DNA of 64,000 nucleotides from Squalus acanthias (GCA_030390025.1 CM059432.1:125614001-125678000), one strand, 5' to 3'; shown: positions 50,388-63,344, counted from the first letter of the stretch. Numbers and translations: made by a program. The notes: generated from the sequence alone by a model not told the origin.

Positions 50388-50762
50388 CCTTGGTGGCTCA
50401 GTGGTGGCATTTTACCTCTCGGTCAGAAGGTCGTGGGTTCAAGCTCCACTTCAGAACTTGAGCACATAACCTATGGTGACACTTCAGTGCACTATTGAGA
50501 GAGTACTGCATTGTTAGGTGTAAAAGATCAGATGGCACTATTCGAAGAAGAGCAGGGGAGTTCTTCTGGTGTCTTGGGCAACATTTAACCCTCAGCTAAT
50601 ATTGCCAAACAGACACATTAACTGATCCTTCATCTTGCTCCGCACAAATTAACTGCCACGTTTTCCTACAAAGTAACAGTGACTGCACTTCAAAAGTAAT
50701 TAATTGGTGTAAAGCACAAGAGGGTGTGAAAGGGGTTATATTAATGCAAGTTCTTTCTTTGT
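50388..50762 (+). mobile_element. Degraded DeuSINE
   Basis: A box tggctcagtgg, B box ggttcaagct, gaagaagagcaggggagtt core and tail atgcaagttctttcttt. Confidence 0.75.
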
Positions 50763-50824
50763 ATGAATTAAATACAGTATCCACGCATTTCATGCTGGCA
50801 TTTCTAATTTAAAAAAAGGACCAT

Positions 50825-50993
50825 CAGGAACTTTCAACTTTGGCGGGAGTGTAGAATGGGCAATATTGGATCGGCTGCCCATTATGCACCCCCCCCCTCC
50901 CCCACCTTCGATTTCAATGGAAAGAAAAATCAGGCAGGGTGTATAACGGGCAGGCGATCTGATATTGCACACCTGCCGAAGTTGAAGGTTCTG
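50825..50993. mobile_element. Small palindromic MITE
   Basis: Arms ggaactttcaactttggcggg / cctgccgaagttgaaggttc and gcaatattggatcggctgcccattatgcacc / ggtgtataacgggcaggcgatctgatattgc. Confidence 0.7.
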
Positions 50994-51534
50994 CTCGAAA
51001 TATCAAAAATTGTAACACAAACCTGCCCACAGCTCAGAGATGACTATGGAGAAAGTGAATAAAACATTGATGCAGTGCTCTTCCTGAGTTAAGACATGCT
51101 GTAAAAATGAAGCCAATATTGCATCTTTCAGTACAGTATTAAACATGGCAGTAATATACTCCTCTATATTTCTCTCCTCTTATCTCTTCTTTCTGTCCTT
51201 TTTTTTCTCTTTATTTTCTCACTCTCCAGGAAGCATAGTTGCCAACCATTTGCACTTTGCACAGTCAGCAATTTTGGAGTGCTGAATGAGCATCAGCATT
51301 TTCCGATGAAAGTTTTTTTTTAGTGCCTGTGACATCCTGAGCCAAGACTTCAGCCACAGCTCCCCAAAAGTTGTTTGTGAGTGTGTGCCGACTTTGGCCC
51401 ATGTACAAACCTCCAAGCTTTTTTTTGTCATTGTAGAAAGAAGAGTGGTTATGGGACAGATGACGGCAAACGTGGACCTGTATTTATTTTGGCACTGTGT
51501 ATACTCTTCTGATGGGTACATAAACAAATAGACT

Positions 51535-51800
51535 GTAACTAAAATAACTTTAAATAAAACTTAACAAATTAAATTAAAATTTCTTTGGCCGGGGTGATGC
51601 TGCACTCCAGTCCCCGCGGTGCCCACCGGTCGCGCAAAGCCTCAAGCGTGCCGGCGGACATCGCGTGCTCCATCTCCAGGGCCACCCGGGCGCGAACATG
51701 GCCGCGGAAGAGTGGTAGGCAGTCGGGCCGAACAACCCCCTCGACCGTCCGCTGCCTGGACTAATTAATGGCAACTTTGGCCAGGCCCAGGTTGGCACTG
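51535..51800 (-). mobile_element. Tx1/L1-clade LINE 3' end
   Basis: Minus strand reads LGLAKVAIN..RQR..EGVVRPDCLPLFRGHVRARVALEMEH...DRWAP...ILI*, followed by a T-rich 3' UTR. Confidence 0.65.
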
Positions 51801-51829
51801 TGTATAAGCGCACATCAAGAAGACATGAT

Positions 51830-52611
51830 GGCCCGGAATTTGCGGTCAGCGGCAAAGCGAAGGCGTTCGCCTCTGGCCCCGAAGTACGCTTCGCACAAAG
51901 ATCTCGCGATCCCTGTGTCAAGAACTTCGGGTTTTCTGACCTTCAATTCCAATCAACGCAAGTTAGTGGGGATTCCCTTGTGCGAGCTGCTGTGACGTCA
52001 ACAGGCTGTCTAACCAGTCAATCAAAAGGCAGACTTCTCACAGACAGTGAATAAGGAAGTGGGTAAGGTCTTAAAATTCTAACTTTTTAAAAATGTTAGA
52101 GCGAGCAAAACAAAGATTGGGGCTCTCACATACGGGAAAAGGCAAACCTGAAATAAAGATGGGCAAACTTAAAAAAAAATAAAAAATATTTTTGAAAATT
52201 TTCTTAAAAATTTAATTTTTATTAAAATGGACAAATTTCACACTGTACAAAATTTAAATTAGTTTTCCAGGTCCTTAACATTTGTTTAGCAGTAATAATG
52301 CTGTAAAAACCCCAGTTGCACCTAATCCCTTTGGGTCTAACTTTTAATGGGGAATTTAACAGTGTAATTTCTGCGGAAGAGCCGAAGTTTTCGTCAGTTT
52401 CAATGATTTGGCTGATTACACAGATTGCTGGCTCTGTGGCGGGGGTCGGCACAGCGCAGCCTGTGTCGGAGCTGTCAATGACTGACCGCAACTTCGGGAT
52501 TTCCACATGCGTCTGCGCCTGCGTCAAATCCCGAAGTTGCGGTCAGTTTCAAAGGCGGAATGACGGCAAACGTTGCCAGTTCACCATCATCCCCACTGCA
52601 AATTTCGAGCC
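51830..52611 (+). mobile_element. Harbinger MITE, 782 bp
   Basis: TIRs ggcccggaatttgcgg / ggctcgaaatttgcag, GAT TSD. GC-rich ends and an AT-rich core. Confidence 0.88.
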
Positions 52612-52701
52612 GATGGTTTTGAAAGAGATTCTTTTAATCCCATAGCCAGTAAAAAAATATTCTGATACAGCCCATAAAAAAATTACAGTGACTAAAATAA
52701 C

Positions 52702-54800
52702 GGGCCCAAATTTCCACATGGTGAATTGTGCCACAGATGTGGCAGTGTGACATTATTTGTGCCCACCAAAGGTCTGCATAACTGCATTATAACAGAATTG
52801 CATGGGTTAGCTCCTTTGCATATCCATTGGAGGATTCATTGGCGTAAATACCGATGTAAAAAGAGAATAATGTGCTTTGAAATTAGAGTGTAGCCTTTAA
52901 AAAGCCAATTCGTCCTGACCACTGCCAGCAGATAAGTAAGAAAGTGTTTGGCTCACTGTTAGGTAGTTTGAATGGACGTCTCCTCAGTTTTCTTTTTAGT
53001 GCCAGTTTTCAAGAATTTCTACTACTGCAGCATCTGGCCGAGGTAGCCAAAGAATGGATAAGGGAGTGAAGAAGAGCCCACAACTTCAATCAATCAGCCC
53101 TGCAAACCCTCTTCAATGAAATAGAGAAGATGAGAGGCAGACTGATGGTCTCCGTAGGAAAAATCTTCCAAACATTATGGGCCAGAAATTCGGCTTTCCG
53201 GCTTCCTGCGGGTGCAAGCATCGCGCGCGTACTTGCCTACCACGTCTGCAGTTGTGCTTTGGGCCCACGAGGACTTCGGATCCTGGGCCTCCTGCAGCTG
53301 CCGGCGCGCAGTGCTTGTGTATCCCAGGGGCGCAGTTAGTTCGAAGCATCCCCTGGGATCACGTGGGCTATGGAGAGCCAATACTAGCAGGGCATTTTCA
53401 TTCATAGATTTGACAGGAAGACCTGTCAAATCTCTGAATAGAGATCGGCCCCAAAACCACATTTAAACTTCAAATAAATTTTTTAAAAAACATCACATTT
53501 TTAAAATAACTATAAGTTACATAAATTAACTACTTCAAACAAAAATTTACATTTTTGAAAAAATTAATTATACACTTTTTAACGGTGCTAAAAATAAACT
53601 TACCTTTCTTTAAAGTATCTAAAAAAGATAAACCTGTTGAAAAAATGTTTAAATTGTCATTAATTAACCACTTACCTTGTTAAAAACAGGCCTTGCGCCT
53701 CCTTTTTAAAAGTGCAACTTCTTCATACTTACCCTCCCGGAGAAACCTGAAAAAAAAACGAAGTTCGCTGCATGCGCGCAGCCTCTCCCGCGCACACGTT
53801 CGACTTCTGAACCCCTCCCTTCAGGGGAACGGAAGTTCCAGTTTCCCGCGCATGCGCAGTGCATGCAGGAAACCGGCACTTCAGGTGGCCTTACGGGTGA
53901 GTACACAGCGCGTACTCACCCGACAACAGCCAAATTTCTGGCCCAATATCTCTCATGCAGGTGGAGATGGTTGGCATTGGAACTGAGTGCTAACTTTCTC
54001 ATCCCCAAAACTGCAGAGCAGTGCTGCAACGACCTGACCAGGGCAGGCAAGGTAACACATTGGCCACGCTCCCTTTTTTTACTTGGGAACCATGGGTGCC
54101 AGGACACTCTTCACCCTCTAAAAATAACAGCTGCAAAAATAACCCACCATCACACTGCACTCTGATTAAGGAAGGCTTGAGATCTTGCATATGTGTCTAA
54201 ATCTCTGCCAACAGCAACTATTTACATGGCCAACATTAAAACCCCTTTCTCCACTTTAACAGGATGATACCATCCCATCTCTTACTTCAATCCCATGCCA
54301 CCTGGCAGATACCTCATCAGTTGCTGGAGTTCACCTAATTCAATGAATCGTGTTGCAGGACAAACTAGCACACAATGCTCGCAAGAGGCAGGGCACTGGA
54401 GGGGCATCTCTGACTTTAAAGAGCTCACCCCCTATGAGGAGCTGATGGGGAGCCATGACAGATAGCAAGGTTGGGGGTGTAGTCCTGGCACAGCTACATA
54501 GTCACTACGGCAACCCAGTCACAGGTTTGATCCCTTTGTCTCCAAAGTGGCAATGCTAACCCATTCTTAGCTTCTGCTGTCCTTTTTAACAGATCCACCT
54601 CAGCAACAGGGGGCAGAGAAGGAGGAGGATAATGAGAAAGAGGGGGAGGAGAAACAAAATTTCTTCTGCGTCGACTATGAGGATGTTAAAGGTGAGGAGG
54701 AGGTTGATGATGAAGAGGATGTCAAGTGCACACCCACCCATGAGTCCCTGGGCCAACACCCTCTAAGGTCCAATAGCCTGCTGGAACTTGCTGCCCAGGC
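52702..54800 (+). mobile_element. Ancient Harbinger remnant (left end plus Myb exons 1-3), interrupted by a MITE
   Basis: TIR-like gggcccaaatttcc. RAHNFNQSALQTLFNEIE...KTAEQC..NDLTRAGK followed by gtaac; ttgcag followed by DKLAHN...GTGG; acidic exon 3. Confidence 0.65.
53179..53944. mobile_element. Harbinger MITE, 766 bp
   Basis: TIRs gggccagaaattcggct / gggccagaaatttggct, flanks TAT / AAT. Confidence 0.88.
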
Positions 54801-55199
54801 TCACTTATAAAGAATGTCAATTTGAGCGAAGTACAGGAAGGTTGCTGGCCTCTGTGTGTATCCCAGTAAGGGTCAGCATCTTCAGGAGCATTGGGGAGAA
54901 ACTGGAGAAGAAAAACACAGCTGGACTGCACCATATTGAAAGCGTCTGTGGCCAGAATGCTAAAATTGCAAACACAAGGCGATAAAATTGAGTGAGATGA
55001 TCACATTCATCACCTTACAGCAACTGTTGCTGTGAATCTCTGAATCTGCCCCACAGTGTAAATGACAAATTTGGCACAATGAGAACTAGATTAGTTTTCA
55101 GAGGAAGCAGTTCCACAATATAAATGGGGTATAAAAGACCCAAGAATATTATAGTCTGACCTAGTAAACAGCATTGGATTCCTGATATGTGGATTCCCA

Positions 55200-55568
55200 T
55201 AGTGTGTACCATCTACAAGATGCACTGCAGCAACTCGCCAAGGCTTCTTCCACAGCACCTCCCAAACCCGCGACCTCTAACACCTAGAAGGACAAGGGCA
55301 GCAGGTGCATGGGAACACCATCACTTCCAAGTTTCCCTTCAAGTCACACACCATCCTGACTTGGAAATATATCGCCGTTCCTTCATCGTCGCTGGGTCAA
55401 AATCCTGGAGCTCCCTACCTAACAGCACTGTGGGAGTACCTTCACCACACGGACTGCAGCGGTTCAAGAAGGTGGCTCAACATCACCTTCTCAAGCGCAA
55501 TTAGGGATGGGCAATAAATGCTGGTCTTGCCAGTGATGCCAACATCCCGTGAATGAATTTTAAAAAAA
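55200..55568 (+). mobile_element. 3' end of a CR1/L2-group LINE (same family as 5762-6160)
   Basis: High similarity to 5860-6160, with an A-rich tail. Confidence 0.65.
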
Positions 55569-56472
55569 TACATAAAACAGAATCTTAATATGCACCACCT
55601 TTATCAATAAAAGGAAGAACTTTCCTTCAAAAGGACCAAGCACAATGGAAATCCCACAGTAAATGTAACAAAGTTCCTTCTGTATTTCCACACTCTGACC
55701 CCTAGTGAGTAGTTATTCTTTTTCATATGCTCAGATTGTCATAACCTATTCAACACTTCTACTGGGCATTACCCAATGGAATCCTGTTTATTATGTTTAT
55801 TAATGATCTAACATAGGGCATAGGTAGTACAATTATTAAATTTGCAGATGATACTTAATTGTGCCGCAAAGTCAGGACCTTGGAAGAAGGAAATAGATTA
55901 CAACTGGATTTGAGTAGATTGGTGAAGTGGGCCAAAGATTCGTAAATGTCCTTCAATATAGCTAAGTTTGCAGTTATGTACCTAGGTGCACAGAAATTTG
56001 GGATAGAATAATAGTATAATATGGGTGTGTCTGGGTTAGAGGTGACAAGAAGGGAGACTTGAGAATGATCATTGCCGCCTCCCTCAAGGTTCAAGCAGAG
56101 TGTCAGCAGCTGCAGCTAAAGCAAACAGGGTGGGGGTGGGCGGGTCTTGGACTATATTGCCCAGGCTGTTCAGTATAAAATTAGGACCATTATAATAGGC
56201 TTTGGTGAGACCTCATCTGGAGTACTGTGTGCAAGTTTGAACCCCAACCTCAAAAAGGTACAGAGAAAGGCAACAAGCATGATTTCCAGCCTAAGAGCAC
56301 TGAGCTTCATACTTTGGATTGGAACTTGCTGGACAGACGTAGACTTAGAGGGAAATAACAACAGAAAACACTGGAAAAACTCAGCAGGCCAGGCAGCATC
56401 CGTGGAGAGAGAAAGAGAGTTAACGTTTCAGGTCGATGACCTTTCGTCAGAACTGGGAAGAGCCGGAAATCA

Positions 56473-57819
56473 CACACCTCCATTCCCCACCAGGATGGCC
56501 TGAGGGCACTCCGCTTCTTCCTTGAACAGAGGCCCAACCAGTCCCCATCCACCACCACCCTCCTCCGCCTGGCTGAACTTGTTCTCACATTGAACAACTT
56601 CTCCTTTGACTCTACCCATTTCCTCCAAATTAAAGGTGTTGCTATGGGTACCCGCATGGGTCCTAGCTATGCCTGCCTTTTCGTGGGATATGTGGAACAC
56701 TCTTTGTTCCAGTCCTACTCGGGTCCCCTCCCTCACCTCTTTTTCCGGTACATTGATGACTGTATCGGTGCCGTCTCCTGCTCTCGCCCTGAACTAGAAC
56801 ATTTCATTCACTATGCTTCCAATTTCCACCCTTCCCTCACCTTCACATGGTCCATCTCCGACTCTTCCCTTCCCTTCCTCGACTTCTCCATCTCCATCTC
56901 TGGGGATAGGTTATTGACTAACATTCACTACAAGCCCACTGACTCCCACAGCTACCTGGACTACACTTCCTCCCACCCCGCCTCCTGTAAGGACTCTATT
57001 CCATTCTCCCAGTTTCTCCGTCTCCGCCGCATCTGCTCTGATGATGCCACCTTCCATACCAGTGCTTCCGACATGTCTTCCTTTTTCCTCAACCGAGGAT
57101 TCCCCTCTACCGTGGTCGACACGGCCCTCGACCGTGTCCGTTCTATCTCCCGCACTTCTGCCCTCACCCCTGCCCCTCCCTCCTGGAACCACGATAGGGT
57201 TCCCCTTGTCCTCACCTTTCACCCCACCAGCCTCCACATTCAACGGATCATCCTCCGCCATTTCCGCCACCTCCAGCGTGATCCCACCACCAAACACATC
57301 TTCCCCTCACCTCCCCTTTCAGCATTCCGCAGGGACCGCTCCCTCCACGACACCCTAGTCCACTCCTCTACCACCCCCAGCACCCCTTCCCCTTCGCCCG
57401 GCACCTTCCCGTGCACGCGCAGGAGATGCAACACATGCCCTTACACCTCCCCTCTTCCCACTGTCCAGGGCCCCAAACACCCCTTCCAGGTGAAACAGCG
57501 ATTTACTTGTACTTCCTGCAATTTAGTATACTGTATTCGCTGCTCACGATGTGGTCTCCTCTACATTGGGGAGACCAAACGCAGATTGGGTGACCGCTTT
57601 GCGGAACACCTCCGTTCAGTCCGTAAGGGGGACCCCGAGCTCCCGATGGCCTGTCACTTTAATTCACCGCTTCACTGCCACTCTGACCTCACCGTCCTCG
57701 GCCTATTACACTGTTCCACGGAAGCGCAGCGTAAGCTCGAGGAACAGCACCTCATCTTTCGTTTAGGCACGCTACAGCCCTCTGGACTCAATATCGAGTT
57801 CAACAATTTTAGATCATAA
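56473..57819 (+). CDS. Penelope RT (motif A onward) plus GIY-YIG endonuclease; uninterrupted but 5'-truncated
   Basis: TSIPHQDG, QIKGVAMGT, FFRYIDD, LPFLD, HYKPTD, NLVYCIRCSRCGLLYIGET, RFAEH and EQHLI...GLN. Confidence 0.9.
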   Translation, partial: HTSIPHQDGLRALRFFLEQRPNQSPSTTTLLRLAELVLTLNNFSFDSTHFLQIKGVAMGTRMGPSYACLFVGYVEHSLFQSYSGPLPHLFFRYIDDCIGAVSCSRPELEHFIHYASNFHPSLTFTWSISDSSLPFLDFSISISGDRLLTNIHYKPTDSHSYLDYTSSHPASCKDSIPFSQFLRLRRICSDDATFHTSASDMSSFFLNRGFPSTVVDTALDRVRSISRTSALTPAPPSWNHDRVPLVLTFHPTSLHIQRIILRHFRHLQRDPTTKHIFPSPPLSAFRRDRSLHDTLVHSSTTPSTPSPSPGTFPCTRRRCNTCPYTSPLPTVQGPKHPFQVKQRFTCTSCNLVYCIRCSRCGLLYIGETKRRLGDRFAEHLRSVRKGDPELPMACHFNSPLHCHSDLTVLGLLHCSTEAQRKLEEQHLIFRLGTLQPSGLNIEFNNFRS

Positions 57820-58088
57820 CCTCAGCTCCAATCACATTTATATTTTATTTTTTCCACCCTTTTATTTGCCCCCCCCCCACCTTTTTTTTTCCTCCTAGAA
57901 GCTGGCAGCTGTCCTTCATTCTGCCAGTGGACTTCACACTTCTTTCAGCCTTAATCTGTCACATTAACACCACCTCTAGCCTTGCATATCTCTTAATGTC
58001 TCTTCATCTCCCCCTTTGTTCTTTTATCCCCTCCCCCTTTTCCCAGCTTTACGCTGGCCTTAAATCTATTTGATTTCCGGCTCTTCCC

Positions 58089-58125
58089 AGTTCTGACGAA
58101 AGGTCATCGACCTGAAACGTTAACT
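58089..58125 (+). ncRNA. Minimal hammerhead ribozyme motif (inverted twin at about 56418-56454 on minus)
   Basis: agtt-CTGACGA-a-aggtc(atc)gacct-GAAA-CGTT-aact. Confidence 0.75.
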
Positions 58126-58623
58126 CTCTTTCTCTCTCCACGGATGCTGCCTGGCCTGCTGAGTTTTTCCAGTGTTTTCTGTTGTTATTTCAGATTTCCA
58201 GCATCCGCAGTATTTTGCTATCGTATTAGACTTAGAGGGAATCTGCTTTGGGTCTTTAGGATATTTTGGGGGAGAAATTCATTCTAGCCCAGGAATGGGC
58301 AGTCACTTTTGAAAAGTTTGAGAATTAGCACAAGGCGCTAATGCTTCAGACTGCTCGCAAAATTCAGTCTCATTGCACAAAGAAAGGATTGGAATGCTAA
58401 ATCAAGTGCTAACGGCCTCGTTCAGTGGCGTTAAATGCGAAACGCTGACCAATATCAGGTGCAGTCTAATCACAAGTCATTGCCACAGGCTGTTTCCAGT
58501 ACTTAAATGGCAGGTTCATTCATGCTGCAGAACCTCATTCTCATCATTGCTGGCAGTGCAGCTGTCTCAGCCAGCAGCAGCAGGTCAAGGAGAAGGAGCC
58601 AGACGACTCAAGCAGCCATAATG

Positions 58624-60521
58624 ATGGCAGATCCACGCTCCAGGGAGAGAGTCTGCAGATTCTGCAACCATGCATTGGAGGCGTTGGTGTTTGCAGTGGA
58701 AAGACGGAGAGCGGTGCTCTACCTGACAAGTGGCAGGAGGCCCTCGCCGCAAGTCTTCCGCACCATGTGGAGGGAGGTTGCCCATCAGGTCTCGGGCAGC
58801 ACTGTGGTCCCCAGGACCCACACACAGTGCAGGAAGAAATTTAATGACCTCACTTGGGTGGTCAGGGTGAGTCAATGCTTCAACAAATGCTACATACCAC
58901 GGTCTGAACCACAGTCTGCACACATTGCCTAAAGCATCACACTCCCAGCACTCACCCACCAACAATCTCTACCTACCAACACTCACACCCACATCTCACA
59001 CCTTGCACACAATCACAGCTATTCAACTATGGCAGGCACATCACCCAGACACATTGCTCCACACTCACTCACACACTTTCCTTTCTCTTGCAGGCCAAGG
59101 TGGCTCACAACAGGAGGGAGCAGGAGCGCACAGGCGGGGGACAAGCTGACACCCAACCACTGTCTGAGCTGGAGACTCAAGTGCTGCAGATTATTGGACC
59201 TCAGGTGGTGGGCGCCATAGCCACCGGCGACGTTGACCCCCTTGGGGACAACAACAGTATATTCATCCCTACTCCTTCTTCTCACATCCCACTTCCCTCT
59301 CACCCCACAAGCCTTTCCCACTTTCCAGCTAATCATGCTGCATGCATGCATTTCTCCCTTCCTGCCCCCTCCCCTCACCTTAACCCGAATCTTGTGCCTT
59401 TATGCTTTCAGATAATGAGCAAGCACCTGAGTAGCCTGTCCCAGAGGGTACCGTAGAGAGCGAGGCGGGAGAAGAGGAAGAGGAAGAAAACACCGCGTCA
59501 CTGCATGTCTCACCGGCAGGCACCAGCTCAGATACTGGCACTACGCCTTCTTTAGAAGCTAGTATAGTAGCGGGATCTGCACAGGGTGATGCGCCGGGAA
59601 TGAGCGGGCTGCAGCAAGGCCAGGGGGAAAGGGTAGCTTGGGAGTCAGCTCCCTGGTGGGCGAGCTCATGCACGAGTTCTGCTGCACAGGACTCAGATGA
59701 TGACCTCGATGGGGAGGCGTTCACAAGAAGGGTGATGGGCATACACACGGAGATGATAGGTGCAATGGCAAGGGTGCCTCTCGGCAATGGTAAGGAGCAT
59801 GGAGGAGTCCTCCTCCAACATTGCACAGAGCTCTGCGCACACCATGGTGCCCATCATTTCCAGTCTGCAAAGGATGGTAGACTCCCAGAGAGACCGTGGC
59901 GACCCAGACCTCATGCCGTGTGTGATGGGCGATCTGACAGCTTCCATTGCAGCACAGGCGGAAGCGACGCAACGTCTTAGTGCTGTAATGCAGTCTATGC
60001 TTGGTGCTATCGATTCTCAGACTGCTCTCCTGCAGTCTCCGCTTGATGACACGCAAGCTCTGACTGCTGCCATCATGGCTGGGTCTCCCACCGTCGACTG
60101 GGGCTTTCACGGTGTCGCAGCAGGCCAGCAATCTGTGCTCCAACAGATTGCTAGGGATGCTGAGGTGCTGCCCCGGGGGAGTGGCAGTGGGTCAGTGGAG
60201 CAGGAAGCTGCTGTCCTCTCTCAGGATGACAACATTCCTGCTCCCACCACTGGCACTCCACCATTGTCCTTGTCACTGCCTGTCATCCAGCCAGCCCAGA
60301 CTGCTGCCGCCCATGCTGAGGTGGTGCAGTCTACAGCTGGGCCTTCTAGGCCCAGAGCTGGTCGAGGGTGTCCTGCAAGGCCATCTGAAGTCTCCCACAC
60401 GGACACTCAGCAGCCTTCCACCAGCCCTGCTGCAGCCACTGGGCCAACACTTTGTAGGAGCACTAGAGTAGGCAAAGGCACAGTAACAAGAGGCACTAAG
60501 GGATTGCACAAGGGTGAATAG
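58624..60521 (+). pseudogene. Harbinger Myb/SANT-like gene (exons 58624-58866, 59094-59256, 59412-60521)
   Basis: MADPRSRERVCRF...RTHTQCRKKFNDL followed by gtgagt. TAG early in exon 3 and a frameshift near 59775. Confidence 0.88.
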
Positions 60522-60704
60522 CTAATATTGTTGTTGTAAATATGTGTTCACTGATTATTGATAAATTTATTAATTCAGTTTGGATTATTTTGTGGTGTCT
60601 CTCATTTCAGCTTTGCGTTGTGATATGGCCTGCGACAGGGATGGAATAATGGGGATGTGGTGAGCAATGGGGATGTGGTGAGCTTCGGGGATCTGGGGTT
60701 TATT

Positions 60705-61830
60705 TTATTGGAACTGCAGTCTGATGAGGCGGTCACGGACCACCCTTCCAGAAGGCCGATTGAGTGGCTGCCTCCTCCCTTGCTCCTGTTCCTCCTTCTC
60801 CTCCTCCTCATCTTCCTCTTCCTCCTCATCCTCCTCTTCCTCTCCCTCTTCCTCCTCCTGAGGTGGTCCTGCAATCACTGGTGGCAAGGGTTGGGCCCTC
60901 ATGATGGTCAGATTGTGGAGCATGCAGCAGAGCACGACAAAATGGGACAGCTGCTCAGCCAAGTACTGGAGTGGTCGAGGGAGCGGAACCGTTGCTTGAG
61001 CACCCCAATGATCTGCTCGATGATGTTTCTGGTGGCGGCATGGCTCTCATTATATGAGTGCTGGGCAGGAGTGTTGGGGTTGTGGAGGGGACTCATGAGC
61101 CAGGTGGAGAGTGGATAGCCCTTGTCTCTGACCAGCCAGCCGCGAAGGCATCGTGGCTGCTGCCAAGATAGTGGGCATTCACATTGAGGATTGGCTGTGT
61201 GTGGTCGCACACCAACTGCACATTAAGTGAGTGGTAGCCTTTGCGGTTATGAAAGATCTCAGGATTGTTATGTGGTGCCCGCAAAGCCACGTGGGTGCAG
61301 TCAATGGTGCCCAGCACCATGGGGAATCCCGCTATCCTGGCAAAGCCACATGTACACTCGTCCTGCTTCTCTCTGGTGATGGGGAAGGAAATGTAGTCCC
61401 TTCTCCTACTGTAGAGAGCCTCTGTGACCTCCCAGATGCAGCGATGGACGGCGAACTGCGAGATGTTAGCTATATCTCCTGTTGCAGACTGAAAGGATCC
61501 GCTGGCGAAGAAATTGAGGGTGACGGTGAGCTTGACTGCCACTGAGAGAGCCGTGGTCACCCTGATCTGAGGCTGGAGGTCTGGTTGCAGGAGGTGGCAG
61601 AGTTCTGTGACCACCTCCTTGCTGAAACGGAGCCTTCTAATACACTGCTCCTCGCTTAATTGGAGGTAGGAGAAGTGCTCTCGGAATACCCTCAGAGGGT
61701 AAGGTCTCCTGTTGAGAGCCCTCATGGCCCTTCTCCTCCCTCTGGCCACATGTTCCAATCTTTCTCGCTGCCTCCGCTCCCTCCGCAGTAGATCCTGGAG
61801 GGCGAGGTCGACTGCCAGTACAGCCCCCAT
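60705..61830 (-). pseudogene. Harbinger transposase pseudogene
   Basis: MGAVLAVDLAL...GTIDCTHV...HDAF, then deletions near 61140 and 60970. DKGY and RNIIEQ lie in shifted frames. Confidence 0.9.
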
Positions 61831-62065
61831 TAATGCAACCAAGTATAGCACTTTGATATGTTGTGAGAATAAATGTAACTAATTGTTAGTAGCCACAACA
61901 CTCCTGATACTAAACAACCTTTAAATGACTGAATTAAACTGTTGGCCAATGTCAAACCGACAAGGAAGCAATGAAACAGCACTAACCTGATAGCTGCGAC
62001 TCATTACTCATGATCCCTTTAAGTAGCGCCCCTGGAGCTGGCATCCACCTGCTTGATACCTCCTC

Positions 62066-62740
62066 TCCTGGAATACTGCATACAGTTTTGGTGTCCATAC
62101 TTAAGAAAAGACATACTTGCTCTCGAGGCAGTACAAAGAAGGTTCACTTGGTTAATCCCGGGGATGAGGGGGTGGACATATGAGGAGAGGTTGAGTAGAT
62201 TGGGACTCTACTCATTGGAGTTCAGAAGAATGAGAGGCGATCTTATTGAAACATATAAGATTGTGAAGGGGCTTGATCGGGTGGATGCGGTAAGGATGTT
62301 CCCAAGGATGGGTGAAACTAGAACTAGGGGGCATAATCTTAGAATAAGGGGCTGCTCTTTCAAAACTGAGATGAGGAGAAACTTCTTCACTCAGAGGGTA
62401 GTAGGTCTGTGGAATTTGCTGCCCCAGGAAGCTGTGGAAGCTACATCATTAAATAAATTTAAAACAGAAATAGACAGTTTCCTAGAAGTAAAGGGAATTA
62501 GGGGTTACGGGGAGTGGGCAGGAAATTGGACATGAGGCTGAGTTCGGATCGGTCGAGGCCCTGTGGGTGGCGGAGCGGGCCCAGGGGCTGAGTGGCCGGG
62601 TCCTGCTCCTACTTCTTGTGTTCTTTAGATTTGAGGTGAGGATCAGATCAGCCATGATCTTATTGAATGGCGGAGCAGGCTCGAGGGGCCGATTGGCCTA
62701 CTCCTGCTCCTATTTCTTATGTTCTTATGTTCTTATGTTC
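62066..62740 (+). mobile_element. CR1 3' fragment inside Harbinger copy 4
   Basis: ORF 62053-62535 and tail (ttcttatg)3. Confidence 0.88.
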
Positions 62741-63344
62741 TCCCTGTTGCTGTCAGGGCGAGGCGCTAAGGCAGGGGGCGACAATGAATTTTACAGATTC
62801 GGCGCCCAGTGAGCATCGCACACTCACTGATGTCACGATCTGCCTGGCACTGAGGGCCCTGGCGGCAACTTCAAGCAGCGGAGCTACGGGGGGGAGGGGA
62901 GGTGGTGGATATGGCGTGCTTTGCTAGATTCACCTTGCCCTGGCGCTACTGCATCAGTGCCTTGTTAGTGTCTCCGCCAGGCGTTAACTGGAGGCGCTAA
63001 CCAACTGAATTTTTCCCCCTAAGTTACTAATGACTTATCATGAACTGAATCAGAACAAGCACCACAGTGGTGGTGGTGGTGGTGGTGGTGTTGGGGTGGG
63101 GGGGGGCGGGGGGTTGGAGGGCGGGGCAATCGGTGGTGGGGGGGCATAGGGGATTGCCATGGTAATATCAGTGAAAGGCATGTTGCAATGTTTGCAATGA
63201 TATAGTTCCCATTTATTCCATTGGATTACCCTATGGCCACGGTTGCTTCACATTTACTGTGAGTTGCGTCATGTTACTGCAGGTGGTAAGTTATCAGTTC
63301 TGATAATTACTGCAAGTCTGCAGTTTACACCTGGCACGCTGTAC

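Larger units (their letters stand above)
56355..58226 (+). mobile_element. Young 5'-truncated Penelope-like element with inverted 5' pLTR (56355-56470)
   Basis: 15-bp TSD tagacttagagggaa (56340-56354, 58227-58241). The 5' segment is the reverse complement of about 58072-58189. Confidence 0.95.
55760..58267 (+). mobile_element. Ancient CR1 fragment hosting a Penelope insertion
   Basis: IIKFADDT, RPHLEYCVQV and KVQRKAT. The RLRGNL motif is duplicated as the TSD. Confidence 0.7.
58268..63019 (+). mobile_element. PIF/Harbinger transposon, copy 4 (degraded, with a CR1 insertion)
   Basis: TIRs gggggagaaattcatt / gggggaaaaattcagt. Convergent Myb and transposase pseudogenes. The flanks TTT / TAA do not match. 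Confidence 0.82.

Noticed and set aside
51170..51330. Strong polypyrimidine tract plus CAG (possible host exon acceptor at 51228)
   Set aside because: All three frames stop within about 95 nt and I found no convincing donor or homology. A non-coding exon cannot be excluded.
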